Assembly (NCBI GenBank): GCA_031288595.1
Contig: JAITRB010000006.1
Location: forward strand, 13,842 to 45,841
DNA length: 32,000 nt
Origin: Puniceicoccales bacterium
GTDB lineage: Bacteria > Verrucomicrobiota > Verrucomicrobiia > Opitutales > JAIRLG01
Direction of reading: 5' to 3'
Part shown: positions 24,477-32,000 of the stretch, piece after piece
Numbering within the stretch: position 1 is the stretch's first letter
Layout of the letters: the number at the start of each line of letters is the position of its first letter
Made by a program: the position numbers and the translations under genes
Notes under the pieces: generated by a model
Database searches by the model: none
Seen by the model: the letters and a program-made list of their open reading frames with translations, nothing else
What the model was told of the DNA's origin: nothing

Positions 24477-24926
24477 CTAGGGTTTGGACCTACTGACTGG
24501 ATTCCCTTCACCGTCGGCGCTCCAGCGACCTGGGGATGTGAAGAGAGAGGACAGGGCAACACCTGAAAGGACGATATGGTAGAGCACATTCGGATCGGTG
24601 TAGGGCAGGCCGCTGCTGTTCCGGAGGAAGAGAACTTGCGAAAGGGCGATGAAAAAGAGCACCGCGCAGGCGCTGCGGAAGTAGAAACCTACCAGGACAC
24701 AGAAGCCGCCCAGAGTCGTCAGGGCTGCGACGCTGCCACCCAATAGTCCGATACAGGACTGACCCTCGCAGCCAAAGAGAAAGCTCGCTGCGCTCGCCAG
24801 CTGCTGCAGCGACTCCGGATGGACAAAGGCCAGAATACCTTGGGTCGTCAGCAGCGTCCCTACCGTGGCGCGCAGGATGAATTTCGAGAGCTGATCCCGA
24901 AAGAAGAATTGCGAGAGCGAGTACAT
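24477..24926 (-). CDS. DoxX-family-like small membrane protein
   Basis: 149 aa with four hydrophobic segments. The C-terminal SPGRWSADG resembles the DoxX G.G..S.D ending. Family assignment is tentative. Confidence 0.6.
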   Translation of the reverse strand: MYSLSQFFFRDQLSKFILRATVGTLLTTQGILAFVHPESLQQLASAASFLFGCEGQSCIGLLGGSVAALTTLGGFCVLVGFYFRSACAVLFFIALSQVLFLRNSSGLPYTDPNVLYHIVLSGVALSSLFTSPGRWSADGEGNPVSRSKP

Positions 24927-24969
24927 ATTGACGTTGGAAGGAAATTTTTATTTTTTGTAAGTCAAGCCG

Positions 24970-25230
24970 ATGGGTGATTTTTTCCTCCAGGTAATCCCGA
25001 ATGCGTCCCGTAATCAGGTAGTGAGCTGTGCGGACGGTATGCTGAAGCTCAAGGTCCAGGCCCCACCGGAGAATGGACGGGCGAACCGGGCTGTCATCGA
25101 ACTCTTGACTCAATACTTCGGCATTTCCAAGCATGCCATCCGCCTGATCTCCGGCGAGAAATCCCGGGAGAAAAGGGTGCGCATCGAAGGCATAGAAGCG
25201 GAATCAGGCATTGGGAAACGGCCGTTCTGA
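24970..25230 (+). CDS. DUF167 (YggU/UPF0235) family protein
   Basis: 86 aa. VIPNASRNQV...LKLKVQAPPENGRANRAVIELLTQYFGISKHAIRLISGEKSREKRVRI matches the YggU signature (ApP.dGkAN ... G..sr.K). Confidence 0.8.
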   Translation: MGDFFLQVIPNASRNQVVSCADGMLKLKVQAPPENGRANRAVIELLTQYFGISKHAIRLISGEKSREKRVRIEGIEAESGIGKRPF

Positions 25231-25255
25231 TTTTTTCTGGTCCAGATTTCATTCG

Positions 25256-25996
25256 ATGGAAAGGGAGCCGGAACGCCTGCAGAAATTTCTCGCTCGAGCC
25301 GGTGTCGCTGCGCGGAGGAAGGGAGAGGCCCTGATTCGGGAAGGGAGGGTCAAGGTCAATGGGAGCATGGCCGTGTTGGGCCAATCCGTCTTGGCCGGTC
25401 GAGACCACGTTTCGGTTGATGGGAAGCCGATTTCATCCCACCTTCGACAGCGGCAGCGATGGGTCTTCCTCTTCCATAAGCCGCGCGGCGTGGTCTGTAC
25501 CCATGGGGATCCCCGCTTTCCCCAGAGAACGGTTTTCGATTTTCTCCCACCGAAGTACCGGCAGGAGCGTTTTTTCTTCTGTGGACGTCTGGATAAGGAG
25601 AGCCAGGGCATGCTGCTGTTGACGAATGACGGGGCTTTCGTCCAGCAGGTGAGCCACCCAAGTGCCCGTATTCCCAAGATCTACCACGTTACTCTGCAGC
25701 GGGCCATGGAGCCCGGGGATCTGAAGCGCCTGTCGATAGGCATTGAGGATGACGGCGAGCAACTGTTGGCCGAGCGGGTCCGCTTCCTTCCCTCGGCAAG
25801 TCTTGGGCCACAGCGCCACCTGGAAATCCAGCTGAGACAGGGGAAGAAGCGCGAGATCCGGCGCATGCTGGAAGCGCTGGGCCATCGGGTCCATCGCCTG
25901 AAACGCATCCGCATCGGCAGGCTCGAGATGCGAGGCTTAGCCCCGGGCCAACTCCGCCTCCTGGATGAGAGGGAAATCGCCCTCCTCTTCACCTGA
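25256..25996 (+). CDS. rluB: RsuA/RluB-family rRNA pseudouridine synthase with S4 domain
   Basis: S4-like ERLQKFLARAGVAARRKGEALIREGRVKVNG. Catalytic GRLDKESQGMLLLTNDG. KIYHVTL and LRQGKKREIRRMLEALG. ATG 25256 is preferred over TTG 25211. Confidence 0.9.
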   Translation: MEREPERLQKFLARAGVAARRKGEALIREGRVKVNGSMAVLGQSVLAGRDHVSVDGKPISSHLRQRQRWVFLFHKPRGVVCTHGDPRFPQRTVFDFLPPKYRQERFFFCGRLDKESQGMLLLTNDGAFVQQVSHPSARIPKIYHVTLQRAMEPGDLKRLSIGIEDDGEQLLAERVRFLPSASLGPQRHLEIQLRQGKKREIRRMLEALGHRVHRLKRIRIGRLEMRGLAPGQLRLLDEREIALLFT

Positions 25997-26034
25997 GGCG
26001 TGCATCAGGGAGCCTGAGACCCAGGGCCACGCGC

Positions 26035-26129
26035 GATGGCCCTTTGCAAAGCAAAGCCGGCGCCGGCGCTCCGCGCCGGTGCCTAGGTCCCATCCCCCTT
26101 CTGGGAGAAGGGGGATGGGACCGGCCATC
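26035..26129 (+). repeat. Nested-palindrome element with the same architecture but divergent sequence, copy F
   Basis: Closing stem GATGGCC (26035-26041)/GGCCATC (26123-26129), partly extendable. Hairpins: CTTTGC-aaa-GCAAAG (26042-26056), CCGGCGC-N9-GCGCCGG (26057-26079), GGTCCCATCCCCCTTC-tggga-GAAGGGGGATGGGACC (26086-26122). Confidence 0.6.
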
Positions 26130-26392
26130 ACGCGGGCAGGATAATCCAGCGCAGAAAGGGAAGACCCATTTCAGAATCAAGCCATCAATACCCACCATAG
26201 AATCGGGAATGCTTCCAGATTAGGGTCGAGATGGCCATCGGTTGAGGGGAAGGTCCCTCTTCACGCGAAGGAACAATCCCTTCGCCTCCAACTGGGCTGG
26301 ATGAGGACTAGCAACTGGAGCTGCTCCCGCAGTGGCAGGACACGGCCCTATCCATACGAGGTCTTTTGGCAGCTCTCCTAGCTCTGGGCCCT

Positions 26393-27742
26393 TCAGGCGA
26401 TGGATGTACGGGCCTCCAGCTCTTCCTCGACAGTGGCTCGGGTGATGCTGACGCGGTCCGCGATTTCTCCGGCCTTCTTCTTTGCCGGCAGGCGATACAT
26501 GATCTCGAACATCACGCTTTCCAGGATGGAGCGCAGCGCCCGGGCACCGGTTTTTGAACGCAGCGCCTGTTCGACGATGGCCTGAATCGCCTCCGCCTCG
26601 AAATGAAGGGCCGTTCCCTCCAGCGCCAATAATTTGGTATACTGCCGGATCAGCGCGTTCTTCGGCTCGGAAAGAATGTGCTTGAAATCCTCTTCCCCCA
26701 GCTCGGCCAAAACGGTGATCACGGGCAGGCGCCCGACGAATTCCGGAATCAGGCCGAAGCGGATGAGGTCGGCGGGCTGGGTTCTGGCCAGGGGATTTTT
26801 CTCCCGAATCCCATCGTTCGCGCCCCGCTTTCGGGCACCGAAACCCATCGCCTTGCGGCCGATGCGCTCAGAGACGATTTTATCCAGGCCGATGAAGGCC
26901 CCACCGCAGATGAAGAGGATGTGGTCGGTCCGAATGCGCACATACTCCTGTTCCGGATGCTTTCGGCCGCCCTTAGGTGGCACATGGCAATCCGTCCCCT
27001 CGAGAATTTTCAGCAGTGCCTGCTGCACGCCCTCGCCGGAAACATCTCGGGAAATCGACACATTGTCCGTCTTGCGACCGATTTTGTCGATCTCGTCGAT
27101 GTAGACGATACCGCACTCCGCCCGCTTCACGTCGTAGTCCGCCGCCTGCAGCAGGCGCAGGATGATGCTCTCTACATCCTCTCCTACGTAGCCGGCCTCC
27201 GTCAGCGTTGTGGCATCGGCAATCGCAAAGGGCACCTCCAGTATTCGGGCCAACGTTCGGGCCAAGAGGGTTTTGCCACTGCCGGTCGGGCCGACGAGCA
27301 GGATATTGCTCTTCTCGATTTCGACCTCTTTCAGCGCCTCATCCTCGAGGCTCGCCAATGGGCATTCCGAGAGGCAGATGCCTTGGGCCACGAGGCGCTT
27401 GTAGTGGTTGTATACCGCAACGGCGAGGGTTTTCTTGGTCATCTCCTGTCCGATGACGTACTCGTCCAACCGTGCCTTGAGCTCGGTGGGCGAGAGGGCC
27501 TTCAGGACCAAGGGCTCCGACGCGGCGGAATGGGAAATCCCATTCCCTTCCTCCCCTTCCGGCAGGTCCTCCAGAACCGTCGGGGCGTGGCGGCGGAACT
27601 CCGGAAACTCCTGGCTCAGAGCCTCCGCGCAGAGGCTGACGCAGGCATCGCAGATATGGGCCTGGCCCGGGCCGGCGATGAGCTTGCGCACCGAAAACTC
27701 ATCCTTGCCGCAGAAGGAACAGCTGCGCAGTGATTTTCCCAT
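26393..27742 (-). CDS. clpX: ATP-dependent Clp protease ATP-binding subunit ClpX
   Basis: N-terminal zinc ribbon CSFCGK...HICDACV, Walker [19 protein letters not shown], Walker [11 protein letters not shown], and [10 protein letters not shown]. Confidence 0.97.
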   Translation of the reverse strand: MGKSLRSCSFCGKDEFSVRKLIAGPGQAHICDACVSLCAEALSQEFPEFRRHAPTVLEDLPEGEEGNGISHSAASEPLVLKALSPTELKARLDEYVIGQEMTKKTLAVAVYNHYKRLVAQGICLSECPLASLEDEALKEVEIEKSNILLVGPTGSGKTLLARTLARILEVPFAIADATTLTEAGYVGEDVESIILRLLQAADYDVKRAECGIVYIDEIDKIGRKTDNVSISRDVSGEGVQQALLKILEGTDCHVPPKGGRKHPEQEYVRIRTDHILFICGGAFIGLDKIVSERIGRKAMGFGARKRGANDGIREKNPLARTQPADLIRFGLIPEFVGRLPVITVLAELGEEDFKHILSEPKNALIRQYTKLLALEGTALHFEAEAIQAIVEQALRSKTGARALRSILESVMFEIMYRLPAKKKAGEIADRVSITRATVEEELEARTSIA

Positions 27743-27800
27743 GAGAATTCCTTATAGGCCCGACGAGGGGCCATGGCAAGGAACGAAGCTGAGAAAAGTC

Positions 27801-30797
27801 CTATCCATGGCGCCCGCAGCACTTCTTATACTTCTTCCCGCTGCCACAGGGACAGACCTCATTGCGCCTGACACTTCTGTCGTGCAGCGAGCGCACCTGG
27901 GCGACCGACTCCAGGGCCCTCTGGACGACTATTCCCTCCTGAGGAAGGCGGGCCAGGCCCTTCTCCTCCCGAGTTTCGATCCCATTCCCATGAGCCCTTT
28001 CCTCTGGAAAGGCAAGCCTTCTAGCGTCGGATACCGAGGCGAGCGGGCGACGGGCGAGACGGTCCAGCATGCCCTGCAAATAGTCCACACGTGTGGCGGT
28101 GCGAAAAATACGCTTGCAGACCTCTTGACGGATTTGGCCCAGCAGGTTTTCGAAGAAATGATAGGCCTCATTCTTGTACTCGTTCAACGGATCCTTCTGG
28201 CCATAGCCGCGCAGCATGACGCTCCGGCGCAATTCCTCCATCTCCGTTAAATGGTTCTGCCAGTGGTGGTCGATGGATTGCAGGAGCACGTGCTGCTCCA
28301 GGAGAGGCAGGGCCTCGGGCGAAAGCTCCATCTCCGCCTTGATCCGGTAGGCCTCGCGGATGGCTTCCAGAATGTGGTGCTCGATGGCCCTGTTATCCGG
28401 CAAAGTCTCGAGGGTTTCCCGCTTCAGGCCGATGGGGAAATGAACATTGACCCAGTAGAGGAAATTTTCCAACGCCTGCTCTTCCCGTTCTTCCCCGATG
28501 CCCTCCAGCTGTCGCCGGAGCTCTTCCTCGATGAACTCGAAGACCAATTCGCGGCTCGACGTCTCTCGCAGGACGCGGTTCCGCAGCTCGTAGATAATGC
28601 TGCGCTGCCGGTTGAGCACATCGTCGTACTGCAGCAGACGGCGGCGCTGGGAGTAGTTGAAGGCCTCGATTTTCTTCTGGGCCGATTCAATGGAGCGGTT
28701 TAGAAGTGGATGTTCCAACACCTCTCCCTCTTTGAAACTGCGGTCGAGAATATTGGCGATGGGGCCATTGCCGGCGAAGAGCCGCATCAGGTCATCCTCC
28801 AACGAGACGAAGAACTTGGAAACCCCCGGGTCACCCTGGCGCGCGCAGCGACCGCGCAGCTGCCGGTCGACGCGGCGTGACTCGTGGCGCTCCGAACCGA
28901 TGACCATGAGCCCGCCGCAGGCAGCCACTCCTTCTCCCAAGCGGATGTCGGTGCCGCGGCCGGCCATGTTGGTGGCGATGGTGACCGCCCCCTTCTGTCC
29001 TGCAGCGGCGACGATATTGGCCTCCTGTTCGTGGAACTTCGCGTTCAGCACGGTATGCGGGATGCGCTCGTGCTTGAGCATGCGGCTGAGCAGTTCCGAG
29101 GTCTCGACGGAGGCCGTGCCTAGCAGAATCGGCTGGCCGCGTCCGTGGGCTTCTTTGACCTCCTCGATGATGGCGTGGTACTTCCCTCGCCGTGTCTTGT
29201 AAATCGTATCGTTGCGGTCTTCCCGTATGCACGGCCGGTGGGTCGGGATGGCCATGACCGAGAGCTTGTAGATGTCGAAAAATTCCTGCGCCTCGGTTTC
29301 TGCCGTACCGGTCATGCCGGCGAGCTTTTCGTACATCCGAAAATAGTTCTGAATCGTGATGGTGGCGTAGGTCTTCGATTCGCCCTCGATTGTCAGGTTT
29401 TCCTTCGCCTCGACCGCCTGGTGCAAGCCTTCATTCCAGCGCCGGCCCGGCAACGCCCGACCGGTATTCTCATCGACGATGACCACTTTCCCATCCTGGA
29501 CGACATAATTCTCGTCGCGATTGAAAAGGCTGTAGGCCCGAAGCAGTTGCTGCAGGCAGTGGATGCGCTCGCTCTTGACGACGAATTCCCTCTCAGCCAC
29601 CTGTTTCTGCTCCTGGCGGCTCTCCCTATCCAATGAAGAATTCCCTTCGATGTCGGAAAAAATGGCCGGCAGATCGGGGATGACAAAGGCATTGGGGTCC
29701 TGCGGGTAGAGCGTCTGGCGCCCCTTTTCGGAGAGGTCTGACTGGTTGTTGTGCTCGTCGATGGAGAAGAAGAGTGTCTCCTTCATCTCGAAGCGCTTCT
29801 CGCGGTTGACCTCGCTGCCCAATTCCAGGTCGAATTTATCGAACTGCTTCCGGTAAGCGCCATTTTCCAGGAGACGTAGGAATTGGCGGTTCTTGGGCAT
29901 GCCGTGCTTGACCTTCCAGAGCAGCGCATAGGCCTCTTCATCCTGGGCATTGGCTTCCAGGCGATTCTTAGCCTCTTCGACAAGCTGGTTGCAGAGTCGG
30001 GTCTGCTGGGCGACGAGATGTTCCACCATCGGCTTCAGCTCCCGAAAGGGCGCCTCCTTCTGCTCCTCAGCTAGACCGGAGATGATCAGCGGCGTGCGGG
30101 CCTCGTCGATCAGGATGGAGTCGATTTCGTCGACGATGCAGAAGTAGTGGTCGCGCTGCACCTGGTCTTCGGCCCGATGGGTCATGCCATTGTCCCGCAG
30201 GTAATCGAAGCCGAACTCGGAGGAGGTTCCGTAGGTGATGGAGCAGGCGTAGGCCTGCTGCCGCTCCAGAGAATTCATTCCGTTCTGGATGCAGCCCACC
30301 GTCAGGCCGAGGCTTTTGAAGAGGTAGCCCATCCACTCGGAGTCACGCCTGGCCAGGTAATCGTTTACGGTGGCGAGCTGGCAGTTCTTCCCCGTCAAAC
30401 TGTTCAGGTAGAGGGGCAGGGTGGCCACTAGAGTTTTCCCTTCACCGGTCGCCATTTCAGCGATCTTGCTCTCGTGTAGCGCGATGCCTCCCAGCAGCTG
30501 TACGTCGTAGTGAATCATATCCCAGTTGCTCTCATGCTCGCAGACGACGATGGGCTTACCGTAGAGCCGTCGGGCCGCATTTTTTACGGCGGCAAAGGCC
30601 TCAGGTAAAAGCCGATCGAGCGACTCTCCCTTCCGGTGGCGCTCCATGAATTCCTGGGTCTTGGCCGCAAGCTCCTCGTCCGTGAGGGACTGGTACTGCT
30701 CCTCGAAGCGCTGGATTGCCTGGATTCTCGGTTGGCACTGCTTGCAAAACTTGCGGTAATGCCGACCGGCAAAAAGGCGAAAGAGTTGGCTGAACAT
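27801..30797 (-). CDS. secA: Preprotein translocase ATPase SecA
   Basis: [46 protein letters not shown], and C-terminal zinc motif [17 protein letters not shown] 30797 ([11 protein letters not shown]...) is preferred over TTG 30809. Confidence 0.97.
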   Translation of the reverse strand: MFSQLFRLFAGRHYRKFCKQCQPRIQAIQRFEEQYQSLTDEELAAKTQEFMERHRKGESLDRLLPEAFAAVKNAARRLYGKPIVVCEHESNWDMIHYDVQLLGGIALHESKIAEMATGEGKTLVATLPLYLNSLTGKNCQLATVNDYLARRDSEWMGYLFKSLGLTVGCIQNGMNSLERQQAYACSITYGTSSEFGFDYLRDNGMTHRAEDQVQRDHYFCIVDEIDSILIDEARTPLIISGLAEEQKEAPFRELKPMVEHLVAQQTRLCNQLVEEAKNRLEANAQDEEAYALLWKVKHGMPKNRQFLRLLENGAYRKQFDKFDLELGSEVNREKRFEMKETLFFSIDEHNNQSDLSEKGRQTLYPQDPNAFVIPDLPAIFSDIEGNSSLDRESRQEQKQVAEREFVVKSERIHCLQQLLRAYSLFNRDENYVVQDGKVVIVDENTGRALPGRRWNEGLHQAVEAKENLTIEGESKTYATITIQNYFRMYEKLAGMTGTAETEAQEFFDIYKLSVMAIPTHRPCIREDRNDTIYKTRRGKYHAIIEEVKEAHGRGQPILLGTASVETSELLSRMLKHERIPHTVLNAKFHEQEANIVAAAGQKGAVTIATNMAGRGTDIRLGEGVAACGGLMVIGSERHESRRVDRQLRGRCARQGDPGVSKFFVSLEDDLMRLFAGNGPIANILDRSFKEGEVLEHPLLNRSIESAQKKIEAFNYSQRRRLLQYDDVLNRQRSIIYELRNRVLRETSSRELVFEFIEEELRRQLEGIGEEREEQALENFLYWVNVHFPIGLKRETLETLPDNRAIEHHILEAIREAYRIKAEMELSPEALPLLEQHVLLQSIDHHWQNHLTEMEELRRSVMLRGYGQKDPLNEYKNEAYHFFENLLGQIRQEVCKRIFRTATRVDYLQGMLDRLARRPLASVSDARRLAFPEERAHGNGIETREEKGLARLPQEGIVVQRALESVAQVRSLHDRSVRRNEVCPCGSGKKYKKCCGRHG

Positions 30798-31266
30798 GGT
30801 AACGCGCAAAAACTAAAAGCTGAGCGGCAAGGAATCTTTAGAACTGGACACAGCTGGCAATCTTTTTCCCAAAAAAGAGCTGGATTCATCCCGAGATTTT
30901 ATCTAGAATACCCCCCGCTGGGGTGTGCGTAGGAAGGGCTAACATGTTTCATTCCTAAAATACTCTCGGGGACCAGGACTCGTCTCTGACTGCCAAGCCG
31001 GCATTGCGTCCGGAAGGCAAAAGGTTGCGATTCGGTACCCACCTGTGAAGGATAGAGGTAAGGAACCGGCTCTGACTACGGCATCCTGGCCTGTTTTTAT
31101 CTCCCATCTAGGGAGGAGGCCTTCTCTCAATTGAGGATAGCGGGGAATTAATGGGATCAATTCACTTCCCGATAAGGTTCGACAGGATTTGCCTCGCATC
31201 TGCGATGCGGCAGCGAATCTTCGGCATCTGCTAGACTTATTTCTGCCTCAAGACGCTTGCTGTCTC

Positions 31267-32000
31267 ATGAAAAAACAGTACAATAGCACCGTGGATTGGT
31301 TAAGAAATCTGTTTTGTTGTGGAAGAGGGAGTTATCGGGAGGAAGAAAGGCGGCTTCTAGCTCAGGATGCATTGGTTCCTGAGGTAAATATTCCCCTCAT
31401 CGCTATCACAGCAGATAGCATTCAGGAAATCATCGATAATATCATTGGCCAGGCAAGAGAAGCACCAGGCGGAATATATGAAGCTATGGCTCAGTCATGC
31501 TTCCCTAGCGCTCGGATCAACCTTGATAATGTGCGAATTCTACGGTCGCTGCTTGCGCAAATGGCGACGGAGAATCCTGGAGTAGCTGTATTTTGGGATT
31601 CTTCAATTATGCGGGGAGCGCTCGAAATTGCACAGAGAACGCTTAATCCCTCTGCAATACCGCAATGGAGTGATTTTTGTGCCCTAATGGCCTCTCTGCC
31701 AAGCATCGAAATCTTCACCCTCCAAGCATTGAAGGTTTTGGAAGCGCTGAGTGAGAGACCTCAAGGAGGCGAGGAACCGAGACCTGGACAGCAGTGCGAG
31801 GTAAATCTTCCCAAGCTGCTGGAGATACTTCAGGAAAGTGGCCTAGGTGGAGAAGGCACACAGATTCTCACGGGACTCTTTACACCGCATTTTCAGAGCA
31901 ATGCCATAGGCGTCGTGGATCTCATGTGCACCTGCCACGCTCTTGTCAATTACGAGCTCATGACCAATCCCACTCGTCTGGCCTGTGCTTTGGTCAATAC
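31267..32000 (+). CDS. Hypothetical protein, N-terminal part (ORF runs off right edge; absent from supplied track because no stop is reached)
   Basis: My own translation from ATG 31267: MKKQYNSTVDWLRNLFCCGRGSYREEERRLLAQDALVPEVNIPLIAITADSIQEIIDNIIGQAREAPGG...HALVNYELMTNPTRLACALVN. This gives 244 codons without a stop. In-frame stops lie at 31132 and 31138. Codon third positions are A/T-rich, unlike the neighbouring genes. Confidence 0.55.
   Translation, partial: MKKQYNSTVDWLRNLFCCGRGSYREEERRLLAQDALVPEVNIPLIAITADSIQEIIDNIIGQAREAPGGIYEAMAQSCFPSARINLDNVRILRSLLAQMATENPGVAVFWDSSIMRGALEIAQRTLNPSAIPQWSDFCALMASLPSIEIFTLQALKVLEALSERPQGGEEPRPGQQCEVNLPKLLEILQESGLGGEGTQILTGLFTPHFQSNAIGVVDLMCTCHALVNYELMTNPTRLACALVN

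Noticed and set aside
26678-27733. 351-codon plus-strand ORF antisense to clpX (also 26634-27104 and 27408-28250)
   Set aside because: It is antisense to a highly conserved gene, and the product is Arg/Ala/Leu-rich without motifs. Shadow ORFs.
30990-31080. CCGGAAGG tetraloop-like motif (GCGUCCGGAAGGCAAAAGG) that briefly looked like SRP RNA helix 8
   Set aside because: The 3' side lacks the conserved GGAAGCAGC / AGCA symmetric-loop sequence, and I could not draw the flanking helices. It is probably fortuitous.
30939-31199. 86-codon minus-strand ORF upstream of secA
   Set aside because: There is no motif and the composition is odd. It lies in the A/T-shifted divergent gap, and there is no start context. 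Not called.
1-32000. Looked for CRISPR arrays, IS elements/transposases, integrases, toxin-antitoxin pairs, restriction-modification or other defence genes, and rRNA
   Set aside because: I saw no regularly spaced direct repeats and no DDE, tyrosine- or serine-recombinase-like, nuclease or methylase motifs in any called or uncalled ORF. The only helicase is the truncated SNF2 fragment at the left edge, whose context is outside the window.

Overview
Bacterial chromosomal window, G+C-rich by eye (roughly high-50s %, not computed) and tightly packed with housekeeping genes on both strands. Taxon cannot be assigned from this window alone. Left to right: the 3' end of an SNF2-family helicase; nrdR and ftsY (minus); a 1.1-1.4 kb gene-poor stretch; aspS (unusually long ORF); skp/ompH-like, pgsA and pgpA. 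Next is a minus-strand block of an unknown ~580-aa protein, a stand-alone secretin, a MarC-family membrane protein and tpiA. Then come a weak hypothetical ORF, a STAS-MlaE permease fusion, a membrane hypothetical, a divergent TsaB-like gene, moxR-DUF58 and rsmA. A minus-strand block follows: rpsP-trmD-rplS-ndk-(56-codon sORF)-ymdB-like. After that are tRNA-Gly(GCC), tRNA-Leu(UAG), DoxX-like, yggU-like and rluB-like genes, then clpX and secA (minus). An open-ended, visibly A/T-richer ORF runs off the right edge. I saw no rRNA, CRISPR array, transposase, integrase or phage genes. The most unusual signal is non-coding. Seven copies of a ~90-115-nt nested-palindrome element occupy intergenic gaps; each is a closing stem enclosing two or three hairpins, a cloverleaf-like fold. 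The closing stem and two short GC hairpins are recognisably related between copies. The long third hairpin differs in sequence in every copy yet stays almost perfectly paired. I do not recognise the element as a described family. Many long ORFs in the supplied track are antisense or out-of-frame shadows of real genes, as is typical of GC-rich DNA, and were not called. Start codons are best guesses from N-terminal homology patterns and third-position G+C, and several are uncertain.
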